From NCBI GenBank assembly GCA_964188305.1, contig OZ076887.1: a stretch of DNA of 64,000 nt, one strand, 5' to 3'. Both the position numbers and the translations under genes were made by a program. The notes beneath the pieces are model-generated. The model ran no database searches, was not told the DNA's origin, and worked only from the letters and a program-made list of their open reading frames with translations. The stretch comes from Podarcis bocagei (lineage: Eukaryota). Of this stretch, positions 25,349-38,232 are shown one piece after another. Within the stretch, counting starts at the first letter, position 1. Each line of letters starts with the position of its first letter.

Positions 25349-25660
25349 CCGTATCTTTCGCTCTATAAGACACACCTTTTCCCTCCTAAAAAGGAAGGGG
25401 AAATGTGTGTGCATCTTATGGAGCGAATGCAGGCTGCGCAGCTATCGCTGAAGCCAGAAGAGCAAGAGGGATCGGTGCGCAGCGATCCCGCTTGCTCTTC
25501 TGGCGTCAGGGATAGCCACGAAAAGCCTCTTGAGCACAGCGGGAGCGCTCCTGCGACTTCGCTCAAGAGGCTTTGCGTTGCTTTCTTGTTTCTTGTTTTC
25601 CTCCTCTAAAAACAAGGTGCGTCTTATGGTCGGGTGCGTCTTATAGAGTGAAAAATACGG
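25349..25660 (+). mobile_element. Intact TcMar (Tc2/pogo-like) MITE, 312 bp
   Basis: TA TSD at 25347-25348 and 25661-25662; 28-bp TIR CCGTATCTTTCGCTCTATAAGACACACC with 3 mismatches between ends; internal palindromes at 25441-25516 and 25522-25574. Confidence 0.93.
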
Positions 25661-26154
25661 TATCTCTTGGTAATGAGAAATTTCCTCAGGAATGCATCTG
25701 AAGCAAAGGCTAAGAGAAAGGATGAGTTGGTGCAAATAGAGGGGAAAGATGGGGCAGCTGTGTCGTTAGCTTGGCTTGGACTTCCAAACCAGCTGGTAAT
25801 AGAGAGCCTGTCAGTAATAACAGTAATAAATGACAGATGTAGTCGTGCTGTACCTGCTTCAACTAAAGCATCTCCTTGAATGGGAGTAATATCTTGGCAA
25901 AATTGTCCTTGTGAATATTTTTGCTATCGGATTATAACTCAATGGACTGTCACAGAAATGCTGTTTTCAGTAAAACAAAAGGAGTGAATTGTTGCAAAGT
26001 CATCCCAACTTTCCCCCCTGCTTCCTGAACCATATATCTAGTGAGGCAATGTTTCTAGTGGTGGTAAGTGAAGAGGGAAAATGCTTTCCAAAGCCTCTGA
26101 CTATTTTTTCTCATGAGCTATTCTAATCAAATCATTGTTGCTGTTTAATCCTAG

Positions 26155-26394
<240 letters not shown>

Positions 26395-28638
26395 TAATAT
26401 GCCCAGTATATCTAGCTAATTGTTCTCAACACATTCAAATGTACAGTGTTTTGTTTTTTTAAAAAAGGGGGTGGGAGTATATTTTTTAAAAATCATACAG
26501 AAATATATCGCTACATTATTTATTGCTACATTATTGCTATACATATGAAAACTTAAATTATTTCTGCTATTGTTTGTATAGAGAAAACAGGAATACATTC
26601 TGGCTCTCTTCTCGTTGCTTCCAAAATGGTTTAAACTTGAAAACCATCAAACAGCAGAAGAATCCTGCAGAAAATGGCCATAGTAAATACTGAAAGCCAA
26701 GGAATAGATGGAGAGAAAAGAAGATTTGCAGCCTGATATTGCACATGTTTGATGGGTTTCAAATTAGATCACAGCCTTAGAACAGTAGGCTAGTAACAAA
26801 TCTAAGTGTGTGTTGAAAGTCAGGTCAGAGTTAAAGTTGAAGGGTGACCCAAAGAAGACAAAACTGATGAGCTGTAGTGATGCATGGTAAAAAGAAATCT
26901 GTTAGCAACCCTAAACAATACTACATCACAATTAGGCTATTAAAAGGGGATACAATGCAATACAGTTAGAGCTTGGATCAGTGGTCTCCAACCTTTCTGG
27001 TCCTATGGACATGTCAGCAAACTACAACAACTGTATGAACACCACACACACTCCGGCTGCAACTTCACAAAATACTCCATACCACAACTAGGCTTGAAGA
27101 AAAAGCTTTCTGATGATCAAAGAAGGCTTCTTTCAAGGCTAATTTCAGTGTGAGAGGGAAGACTGTGGGCCCTGGAAAGGCCTCTCTGGGCATATGTGTG
27201 CCTGCAGTTGCCACATTGGCAACCCATGAACTAAACCAGTGGCTAGACATAACATGGATATAATCCTCATAAGAGGGAACTTCTAGATATACCACAGATT
27301 TCTGAATTTGGCAAATGATACTGAATGAGCAAAATAAAAGTGAACCTGAGATTCCCCTGCAGCAAACTCATTCCCACTTTCCTACATTGCAAACATATTA
27401 TCCATCTCTGACCTTTTCCCCAATTTATGACATGCCTTTTTAATATCAATTTGCAAGCCCTCGAGTCAAGGACTATCCTTAGGCTTGGTTTGCATGTATT
27501 TACCAGCTACAGATAAAGGGGATGTGCTACCCTGCCCACTAGTCTGGGGGTGCCTGTCTTCTACTGGGGTGCCTGGTCTTCTACCAGGCTTCTCCTTGTA
27601 GGTATCCTTCTTAGCACAGAGGCTACATGTGAAAAATCCAACAAGTGTAGGCTCATCTGATATAATCAACAACCCATATACATTTTGGAAATTGGCTAAA
27701 TGATTCAGACCTTGGTGCATCAGCTGTATTCAAATATGATGCCATTTGTGGGTGTCCTTTGGGCCCATAGGCATGGATGCTGCCCAAGGACAAGGCAGAA
27801 CAGTATAATCCCATTGCCCCTGTTGCATATGGCTGGTATGTTTGTCCAAACTACTTACTTAGTGCAGATTAAAATATTGGCAATCTTTAAAAGCATAATA
27901 AAACCCCATTCCTAAAAAAAACAAACCCACCTCTTATTCCTTTCTTTATGATCTTAGAACTTTTATTGCTCAAAAACATTAATAAGACACCCTGTTCATG
28001 ATGCCCCTACCTCCTAACCTTTATGAAGATCCTTCTTTCCTTATTTCTTTAGAATAAGTCCTGTGAAATAACATCAGAGTGACTTGTGGGTTCTTGACAT
28101 TTTTACAAGCAATCTCCTTCTGTACTAAATATATAGCACTTTGTACTGGATAAAGCACAGATCAATGAACTATGTGGGTGCTTCACAGATTACAAGCATT
28201 GTCACTCAAGGATAAAGAAATCTTTCTTCTGGCTTGGAATGGCTCACTTTGGTGGTCTTCCTGTAACCAATATAATGAAAAGGAAGTTCCTATTTTTTGC
28301 ACAGCAAGTCAAGTCCCCTTAATTTTTGGTAATGAACCTTGAAAATGTGGAGTCTCTGTTTGCATCTTCAGGTTGCTTACACCCCAATCTTTCATAAAGC
28401 AGCCTATTTCATATTTTCATGTGAAATCAAATGAATACATGCCAGGGAAGTGGCACTGTGTAAGTAGGTTCCATACCTGACCTACATACATTCATTAGAA
28501 TGCATCTGTAGAGAGCCCAAAATGGATATGAACACTGTTGTGTTGGTGTATGCATGGCCACACTTAGTAGGACAAATTGGCAGTTCACGTTTTCTGCCAG
28601 AAGCTTTTCCTGTCAATGGCACAAATTCCATTCAAAGT

Positions 28639-29109
28639 AGCACAAAAGTGGAGAACAGATGCAGTACCATCAAGAGAAGAATGGCACCTTAAAATATTAG
28701 AATATATAGAACTTGCCAGCATGACAAACAGATTAAGAAATAAAGATGATAAGAATTTAAAAGAGGACTGGACATCATATATAGAGAATATATAGAAAAA
28801 AAATAGTATAACAAGAAATGAAGTGTAACAGACTGAAAAAAATACTCAGCAGTAGATGTGACAAAGTGGGACAGTGTAAGGTAATGAAAATAATTTAGTG
28901 GAATAATAAAACGCAGTCAAAAAGACAACAGATAGGATACCAAAGAAAGAACAGAAGGGAGTTAAAATTAAATTGGAGGAATAAGCTATGTTACTATTGT
29001 TATTTACAGATATATGTCTTATACTTATGTTATTTTCCCCTCTTCTTACTATCATGTGTTTGACTGCAACATACTATGCATTGATAATATGATAAAAAAG
29101 TATTTTTAA
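28639..29109 (+). mobile_element. L1 LINE, 5'-truncated (ORF2 C-terminus plus 3' UTR)
   Basis: AQKWRTDAVPSREEWHLKILEYIELASMTNRLR...EDW resembles the squamate L1 ORF2 end; A-rich terminus; 16-bp TSD with 2 mismatches (28623-28638, 29110-29125). Confidence 0.8.
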
Positions 29110-30111
29110 AAAATCAATTCAAAGTCTTTTACCTGGTACAACAGTTCACTATCACCAGTTTGAAGTGGGTAAAACACAATCTCAAACTATTTGATGGATA
29201 TTAGGGGTTATGGAACTCACCTATGAGAACAGAACTTCAGTTTCTTTGCAGTCTGGTCCTACAAGTCATGGTACTCTTAAAAACAGCAGTCTATCCATCT
29301 CATTGACTCCTATCCTTGGTATAAGGATGGATCCTTCATTTGGAATGACACTTGAATGGCACTTCTGGGGCACCTGTAGTGCCATTTAAGGTTCCAGACT
29401 TCCTTTACTGAGGAAACTTCCCTCCCCTTTTAAAATAGCAATACATTCCATTATGTAAAATCATAGTTTCTTGTTAATATTAATAAAGACTCAAAGAGCA
29501 TTATTACAGCAGGTAACATTTAGTAATGGACCTTTCAAGCCTCTCGGATGGGAAAAGTAAGTAAACAAATCCTCAGTCTTAAACTGGAGATTAGCAGTTA
29601 AAACTAGTCCACCTTTCTATTTTTACAGTGCAAGATGGTGCTTTAACTACTTCTATGTAATCCTCTGCTTGAGTTTCAAGAGCTAATATGGATTTATAGG
29701 ATAAGGTTGCAAACTGTCGTTTATTAGCCTTAAGCTGCAATCCTAAACACAGATATTTGGAATTAATTTTGGTGAGATCAGTGAGATTTTCTTCCAAGTA
29801 AATTGGTAAATTTTTTTGTTTGTTTCATCTGTCAGTTTTATGGATTATGTGTGTTGATGAGAGGATAAATGATGTTGGGGAAATGGTTGGGAGGATGCTT
29901 ACCATTGGGTGCACATTCCCTTCTGCCAGAATCCTTTAAGCTGTGAGGAGGACTGCCACCTGATTATTTAAAGATGGGGTGTAAGGTGTGGGGTAGGAGT
30001 TGTTTTGCTGAGACTGGATTCACAGATTTACCAGGCAGCTAACAGCTGTATCTCAAACTCTAATTACTTCCTAGCTTTGTAGTTTTTTCTAGGTAAATTA
30101 TTCTAATGTCC

Positions 30112-30694
30112 TGTCACTATGAGGAGGCAACAGTGCGAAAGAGATGGCAGAAGCGTTCTCTGAGCTGCCCAAGCCATTCTTGTGCTAGAGGAAGGTCAGG
30201 ACCTTGGACAGGACCCTAGACCTAAGTGCTAGACCACAGTGCAATAACAATAGTTTCAGGACCATGGTTAGCAGTCCTGTAACTGAGAGCAGGAGGGAAC
30301 AAATTTCCTTGTTACAACTATCCAAGCTTTATAGCCATATCTCGAGGATATAGACTAAAACTCTACTCCCAGTTTGCTTCAGCCTGCTAGTTAAAGGGCC
30401 CGTGACCATTTATGCAGACCCCTCTAGGTGGTAATGCTTTGGGATGTGGGGCCTTAGTTCATGTATTCTCTGCAGCACTTCCATGATCCTTAAAGGATGG
30501 GAATCTGTTGATTCTTCAGAGTCCAGAAGCAAAGATACATCTTTGGTGTTTGGGTGGCTAGGTGTGGAATCTGATGCTGGTGGGTCTACTCAGAAGGAGC
30601 TGGGGAGTGGATCCATTTCTTCCCTGGAACTATTACTTCTCTACAACTCAAGTTCTGAGGACTCTGGATTTAGAGCCATGGCACTAAGGTGACA
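30112..30694 (-). mobile_element. Possible solo LTR
   Basis: TGTCAC...GTGACA ends and LTR-like composition; no TSD found. Confidence 0.35.
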
Positions 30695-30848
30695 GCTGCA
30701 ATCAAGATATTGGGGCATCACTACCACATGGTTCCATTTGTATGCCAACTTAGCAGAGCTCTTAAGAAAGATGGGATTCTGTGGGGTGGGATCCACTATT
30801 TTGGCCAGTTCCATAGAGCTGTTATGCAAGTGTAGAGCTATTAGCAAA

Positions 30849-31022
30849 GGGGCATAACTTAGTGAGAGAGCACACAATTTGCATGAAAATGGTCCCAGGC
30901 TCAACCTCTGGCATCTCCTGGTAGTGCTGAAAAAGACCCCTACATCAAAGTTCAGACAGCCATTGCCAATCTATGCAGACAACACTGAGCTAAATGACAC
31001 AAGGCATCACCTTATTTTCCTA
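30849..31022 (+). mobile_element. tRNA-derived SINE (Squam3-like), decayed
   Basis: tRNA-like head ggggcataacttagtgagagagcac...tttgcatg...ggtcccaggctcaacctctggcatctcc and body gcagacaacactgagctaaatg. Confidence 0.7.
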
Positions 31023-34000
31023 GATCTCACAAGACATCAAACATAGAAGAGGTAAAGAGAAGAGGCGGGGGGGGGTGTGAATGAGAATATGAGATGAAAA
31101 TGATGTAGAGTAATGACTGAAGGGAGGTACAAAGGTGAGGAAAAGACATAAACAGGGACAGGCAAGGTAGTGGGAGTCGGCAGAGGGAGAGAATGTTAAA
31201 GGATTATCTATCTATCATCTATCTATATCTATCTATATACCTATCTATCTTTATGTACCACTCATACAGCATAGCTCTCTCAATTATAAGCCAAAGTTTT
31301 AATGAATTTCTTGCTGCCTCCCATTCCTCACCCCAAGGATCCTTTAATCAGTGATAGGATTTCTGCCTTGCAGCATAGAGAGTGGCCTAGAGTTTACATT
31401 TTTTATAGGTTCTCATCAGCAAAACCATCCCAGAAAACCATTCCCCGCAGTTCCCCATTTTGCAGTTCATTCAAAGATGTGTGTGCAACAGGGAGAGACT
31501 GAATAACTGTATGTTTGAGAAATGCAGTCCTTGTCAATTATGATAGGGACTGACCTGATCTGCACTTCCCAGCCTAATATGTGGACTGAAATGTAATGTA
31601 TTCATTGGATTTTGCACTTCTCTGAAGGTTGCGACAGGGTTCACAACTCAACATTATTATCTGTGCTCCACTTGCAGGAGAATGAGCAGCCTGGGGGGTG
31701 GGATAGCATTGAACACACCAATCCAGTAGTGGGTTAAATATGCCCACCACTGTAATACTTCCAGTGTGTCAGAGCTTGGTGTGGCACAGGGCAAGGAGCC
31801 TACCATCAGGCAGCCCACCTGCTGCCCCGCTTTTCCATCTCTTGTCTTCTCACTGGGGAGAACAGGAGGGATCTGCCATGCTCTTAAGTCTACCATGGTG
31901 TGTAGCATTCTGGTGATCCTGCCCACAACCTGCATGTTTGGCAACCAGCCTTAATGCTGTAAACTGGAGCTGAGACTGTCAGGTGGCTCCAGTTAAAACT
32001 TTTCATGAAGCTCCTGTTACTCAGATGTTGATCCTGCCCAATCTCCCCTGTCATATAAATTTGTGATTAAAAAATAGTATAAGAACAAGAAAGTCTTTAT
32101 TCCTATGGGAGTGGTGAACTCTTTATTGCTTTATTGAGGCAAGGTGAGGTGACTGCCTCAGGCGGCAGGATCCACCAGATCAGAGCAGCAGATCCCAGTG
32201 TTGATATTTCTTCCCCACTTGTTCCTGATGTAGATCTTCCCTCACTCCTTGTTCCTTGGTGTGGAGGGGGAAGCCCTATCAACTAGTGTGGCTGGCCACA
32301 GTCCACAAGCATTCTCTACTTTTTAGGAAGGGTGGTTAAGTTGGGAGCAGGGAATCCTGGCACCCATGGCATCAATTTATAACCTAGGAGTGGGCCAAAG
32401 TTCATTCCATTGAATCCTCTGATTGGCACTCTCTGTGTGTCAGGGTTTGTCCTGGGCTCCAGCACCATGGTGCTGTTCCTGCTTGAGTGCTTCCCTGCTG
32501 GCTGCAGAGGCAGCACAAAGGAAGTCCCCATGGAGATAGTAGCGAGCCAACAATTATTTTTTGTAAATATTTATGTTCCATCCTTCTAGGGCCTATGCAC
32601 CATTCAGTGCATAGTTTGAGATCAAATACCTTTAGGAATGTGTGTTTCTAGAGGAACATATAATTTTTGAGCCAAACTGTGGCAGCACATGTGAACGTCA
32701 CATGAATCCAAAATAAAATTGCCCATCTATCCCTAGTATATCCATTACAATCCTTCCCTGGTCTTTTTTGTTTGAGCAGACATTTTCTTCACACTGTGAC
32801 TGTATCTGCTGGGTGGCCAAGGCAGGTGGGGAAGGGGATGTTCCATTGTTGCCCTGAAGTCATACTGTGAGACACTCACTGTACCTTTCACTTTTTAGCC
32901 ACAATGCTTTGTGTAGTAACACACTGGCTAGCTTTAGCTTTGTTTTAAAAGCTGTTTCATGCCGTTTGCCTTTCTTCCATGAACTTATGCACTGAGCCCC
33001 CTGTAAATCTTGTTGTTATGATCACTTTAAGTGCTTATTGTTTCAACATGTTCTTCACTTTCTTGGTGGTCTGCAGGAAAATAGCGAATTACTTTTTCAA
33101 ACCATCCCTGTTGTCATGAGTGCTATTACCAAGAAAGAAACATTTTACAGCTGACACTGAAAAGCAAGATAAACAACATACATGGTTGTAAAATGCAGCA
33201 GTAAAGAGGTTTCAAAACTTCAATTCCTCACCATTTCCATAGTTTGCCTGTCAATTGTGCTGTTTATTTTGAGATTTGCTTTATTGTCTATGCACAGGCC
33301 CAAATGATAAGGCTACACATATTCTTGTCAGATAAGCTCAACTGCAGATAATAAATCTGAAACTTAAAGTAATAAGGATCTCAGTGAAGAAGCATCTCAT
33401 GTTATGTGAATTCAGCAGATACTGCGTGCATTATAAAGGAGGACCAAGGAGGCACTTTATATAGTCTTTGACACAGAAATAATTCCACCCCTAAACATTT
33501 CTACTGTAGCATCGTTTTTATGTTTGCAAGTTCCATGATTTTTTAAAAAGAAAAACATTGTGAAGAGATAAAGAGGAGCTACTACTAAAATAGGTTCTTG
33601 TCACTCCCTTGTTCAAATCCAGTGAAAAGTCAGCCAATTATGTATCTCAAAACTCTTTATAGCATTTTGCATCCATTGCAGTATTCACTGTTTCTTTGTT
33701 TGAACACAGAGCTAAACAATTTCAAGCTTGAAAATCCTCTTCATATATTATTTAAGAAATTAATATCTGCTCTGTAACCAAATTAGAGCACCATTTGTTT
33801 ATCTGTAAGGTTCTGTGCATGACATGAGTTGCATAGCTCATCAGTGTGATGAGTTAACAACAGAGATTACTTTGGGTATAATCTTAACATTAGTCAAAGG
33901 AGAGGGTATCTTTAGATTTAGTCAGTTCTTTCTGGCCAAAGTTTGCATATGGAAATATCATGTTTTCTTTCCCAGTAATTGTTTATTTGTATCGGTTTGC

Positions 34001-34403
34001 TGGAGTGTATATTTTAATTATTATATAAAAGTAAATTTGAGAAACTTAGGTGCAAGAAAATTTTGAACAAAAGTCATTTGTTATTTTCATAATTCTGGAC
34101 ATTTCTCAGCATATCCTAGTAAATTTACTGCGGCATGATGGAAATCAGGAGGAAATTGGATCACTTGTTGAAGACAAATGTCAGGTCTATTTGAACACTT
34201 ACCAATCAGCCATTGTATATGTCATCCTTCACTGCTAAATGAGGGAAATGAGAATGAAATTTGGTTATTAGCCAAAGGCACTTGGCTGACACTGAAATTT
34301 ACTGGTAATCAGAATGCAGCACCAGTTTTATTTTGCTAAAAAATATATTGGTAAATGTCAACATTCTTCATAACATTTATTCTTAATGCATTCTTGGCGT
34401 TCT

Positions 34404-34495
34404 TCATGCATCTGATGAAGTAACCTGTTACCTACAAGAAGTCATATCAAATAAAGTGCTGGTCTGAGTGCTAGAACAGCTTTTGCAACCAGACA
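34404..34495 (+). mobile_element. Penelope-like element terminal fragment, decayed
   Basis: atgcatctgatgaagt...aataaa resembles the reptile PLE terminal repeat. Confidence 0.5.
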
Positions 34496-34890
34496 CAAGT
34501 GTCGTGTCAAACTAGGGTTACATTTTGTTAATATTGTTAATAACATCTGCAATGTTACTAACAATAATGAGAAGGCCAGGAAGCTAACTTCAACCTTTGA
34601 TGATATTATTGAAGGGAAATTATGGGATGATATCAAAAGTTAGTCATAATCAAAACAGTCCTATTGGAATCAATGGACTTACATTGCCTATGACTTAGTT
34701 TGATATCAACGCCAATGTGCTAGATGCCCTTTAGATCTGCAGCTGCAGTAACTTGCTCTCGGTGAATGTGAATGTCATGTGGCAAGGCAGTTTTAAATCA
34801 GCTCTCTGACTTACTGAGTGAACTCTATTGTTTGTTCTTTTTCTAGAAACCGCTTTGTGATCATTTTTCAAAATGAAAAGTGACATACAG

Positions 34891-34892
<2 letters not shown>

Positions 34893-34927
<35 letters not shown>
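34893..34927. repeat. (GT)n microsatellite
   Basis: About 17 units. Confidence 0.97.
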
Positions 34928-34928
<1 letters not shown>

Positions 34929-35094
34929 TAAATATAGAATAATTGTCCTCCCTTTAGGAATGAAGCATTTTTTCATATTTCACATTTTCAACAATACTGT
35001 TGATAAGTATGAAAATGTGATTTCTTGCACTGGAACAGATAGTGGCTACTTGAAATGACATCAGATGGATGCACATAGAACATATTTCAGAAGT

Positions 35095-35190
35095 CAAAAC
35101 AGCAAATAGTCTTGTGGCACCTTAAAGACTAATAGATTTATTGTGTCATAAGTTTTCATGGTCCACAGCACACTGTCAGATGCACCAAGT
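35095..35190 (-). mobile_element. Penelope-like element terminal fragment
   Basis: agtcttgtggcaccttaaagactaatagatttattgtgtcataagttttcatg...tcagatgca matches the recalled reptile PLE end. Confidence 0.7.
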
Positions 35191-36269
35191 GTTGTCTTCT
35201 CATGGCAGATATATATACACACATGAGTACGGAGGGAAAAAAGAATTCAATAGTAGAGTCAAAAGGCCATGAAATGTAAGAAAGGTTCAGTATACTATGC
35301 CAAAGCCCAAATGTTTCTATGATAAGAACTGGGTAACTCATTTCCAGCAGTGATCACAGGGAATAATACTTTCTAGCTATCTGGTAGTTTGTTTCTCATT
35401 TGCAAGGATATCATCACCAGCGACTGTAGAATGAGAAACCTTTCCTCTGTGTGGCTACATATCAAATAGCTTTAATTTAGCCTCACATTTTAAAAAGATT
35501 CATCCTTAAGCAATGTGCAACTGCAAAACCTGTTGCTGCTGTAGATACCAGCTGAGGTCAAGAAGGTTCCCCAGCAACTTCCTTTAATTTTCAGTATTTT
35601 TTCTTTCCTTTCTCTGAAGTGGCAGGGATTGTCATGTGCTGCTAATCTGTAGCATTAGATTATATAAACTGATGCTTAGGAATGCTTTTGTTAAGGTACA
35701 GAATGCATACATACAAAATGAGATACGGGAGTGCCAATATTTCAGCTATGATTTAATTTTCCATTTATATTAGAGCTGCCATCAAAATTTGACAATAAAG
35801 GAATTTTTGTTATCTCTAAATATTACTCAGAAAGTTTATAACAGGCCTAATAAAACCTGCATTCTCATCCATAAAGTTCTTTTGGTCAACCCCCCCCCCA
35901 GGTCCAACATTCTGCAGTAATAATTGCTATATATTATTGAATTATTTAACCCTTCTTCAGAAAACCATCTTCTGTAGTTGCATTAAATCCCATGCTATCA
36001 GTGAAATACATAATGTTTAACAATGCATTCCTATGCGTATTTACTCAAAAATAAGTTTCACTGGTTGTTTGAAACAAGTGCTCCCATATGGGATGGAAGC
36101 ACAACTACCACATCGGCTCTCAAAAGAACCGATGATCACAAAAGTGTGTGTCCTGTATGCATATATCCCCATACTCTCAACCTCCTATAAGAGCAACAGG
36201 AAGCTTTGGTAGCACAATAATAGCTGAGCCCGTCAAAAGCCTGGGGTGCAAGGAGATGAAAGTGTCAAC

Positions 36270-36630
36270 AAAGGCATAAGACAGACTTCACCAGGGAGAG
36301 CATTCCACAGATAGGGAGCCCCAACTGAAAAGGCCCTCTTTTTTGTCATCACCCTTCAGAGGGGATTCCAGAGAAGGGCTTCAGAAGAAGATATGTGTGT
36401 CCAGGTAGGTTCATATCAGAAGAGGCATCCCAGAAGCTATTGGGACCTGAGCTGTAAAGAGTCCTATAGGTCAAAATCAGCCTTTTGAATTGGTGTTATA
36501 AGATCTGTTCTCCTTGAAGAGTTGGGGATCTGCATTCTGTACTAACAGAAGCTTCTGAAAAGCAACCCCATGTGAAGTGCATTGCAATGGTCCACTCTTG
36601 ATGTTACCATAGCATAGCTAACTGTAGCAT
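36270..36630 (-). mobile_element. Old L2 LINE fragment
   Basis: Minus-strand translation YATVSYAMVTSRVDHCNALHMGL is homologous to VVHALVISCLDYCNALYVGL in the L2 at 54507-54950. Confidence 0.8.
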
Positions 36631-38034
36631 ATTCCTTTGAATACTGTACTATACATGGAACATGTCCTAAGAAATGTCTTGATCCTGCTGGATCAAGTCT
36701 GAGGCTTCCATGGCTACTAGTCTCAAGGAACAAAGAACTCCATAACTGTCATTGTATATAATAGCTTAGCTGAAAAGTATCAGGACAGAGCGAGGTCTTC
36801 AATATTCAAATACTGTGAACTTTTGTCAGAATTGTAAAGGCTCCATGCTATGGCTTGTACTGTGGTTTGGACTTCATTCTCAGGCTTCATTAAAGTCCAT
36901 AAAAAGACTTTCTGGGACTAAATTACCAGCAGTCATTGAAAATTGTAGCTTGCTGTGGTCCATCAGAGTTACTGGTACAAATTTGTGCTAATGTGTATAG
37001 CCGGGACTCTGCATCTGAGTTTTTCCCTGGTTTTAATCTCTTTTATTTCTTTAGTTGTGAGTTAATTGAACATTATCAATATTTTAATTATGTGCATGTG
37101 CCTGGAAGGCCTTTGGCTACTGGGCAAACATTTAATTACTGTTAATAATGTTATTGCTGTTGCTACTGTGACTGCTATTATTACTAGACTATAATAATAT
37201 AAGAAATAACATAAATGGAGATTAAATAAAGTTAAAGAAAGAAGAAAGGAACTGAATAGGTCTCATGAGGTTACAAATACAAGACATAATCTGTACAAGT
37301 AATTTTCTGTTACATCAATACTTCAGTGCCTGCTATATTTAATCCAAAGCAAGTTCTGAGCTTTGACTTTTTTTCACTAGGGAGCTTCTATAATATGGAT
37401 CATATCATGTATTGGTCACATAAATAGCGCTATTGCTTGCTGTCCAATTTTGATTACTGTTCCATAGTTTCATGCCCTAGGTGCTTCTCCCATCGCACCC
37501 TAAGGGGACCATTGCAATATTGTTTATCATCTAGGATGGGCAACTGTTACTTGTTCTGATCCCACTCCCTTGGCTACTGCAATAAACTGGAATATTCTCC
37601 ATATGACATGCAGAAGCCCAGGGCCTCCTGTTTCCTCTTCCCCACATGCTCCCATTCACTTGTTTTCTTCTAGGCAACAGCAACAAGCAACAAACCCTTA
37701 GTTTTCTTCCCAGAAAATTGTTTCTGTCTGGGCAATAAAAAATATCAATTTTACAGAAGGTTTAATGGATCTTGGCTCTGCCTGGCATGGTAGGGGCACT
37801 TAATGAAATCTGTGAGAGCCATATTTTGATTCTCAGCTTCAGTGAGTCCCACTTACACCCAGGGTAACACTGAATAATAATCAAATTTGAGGGCATCTTG
37901 ACTGAAAACTGGGGACATAGAGGACAGAACCATTCAAACCCAAATGCTTCCAGTCATTTTTCAGTGAATATCAAATGCATTTCATGAGTAGTCTGTCCCT
38001 TCCCTTGTTGCACTACATTGAAAGGATATAGAAA

Positions 38035-38232
38035 GGATATAGTAAGCTGCCTTAACCAGGTCAAATTATTTGCCATTCTACCCTAATATTATCTGCCCTA
38101 ACTAGGAAGGACTCAACACTGCTTCAGGCAGAAGTTTGTCAAATCTCTTGCTATCTAATCTTGCCAGAGATTGCATATTGGAGAGATCTTTTGCATGCAA
38201 TGCATGTACTCTGCCACTGAGTTATGGTTCCT
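38035..38232 (-). mobile_element. tRNA-derived SINE (Squam3-like), decayed
   Basis: Ends ttgcatgcaatgcatgtactctgccactgagttatgg (reverse-complement tRNA head) and begins agtaagctgcctta (reverse-complement tail). Confidence 0.65.

Noticed and set aside
30849-30920. tRNA gene
   Set aside because: Degenerate cloverleaf continuing into a SINE body, so it is a SINE head.
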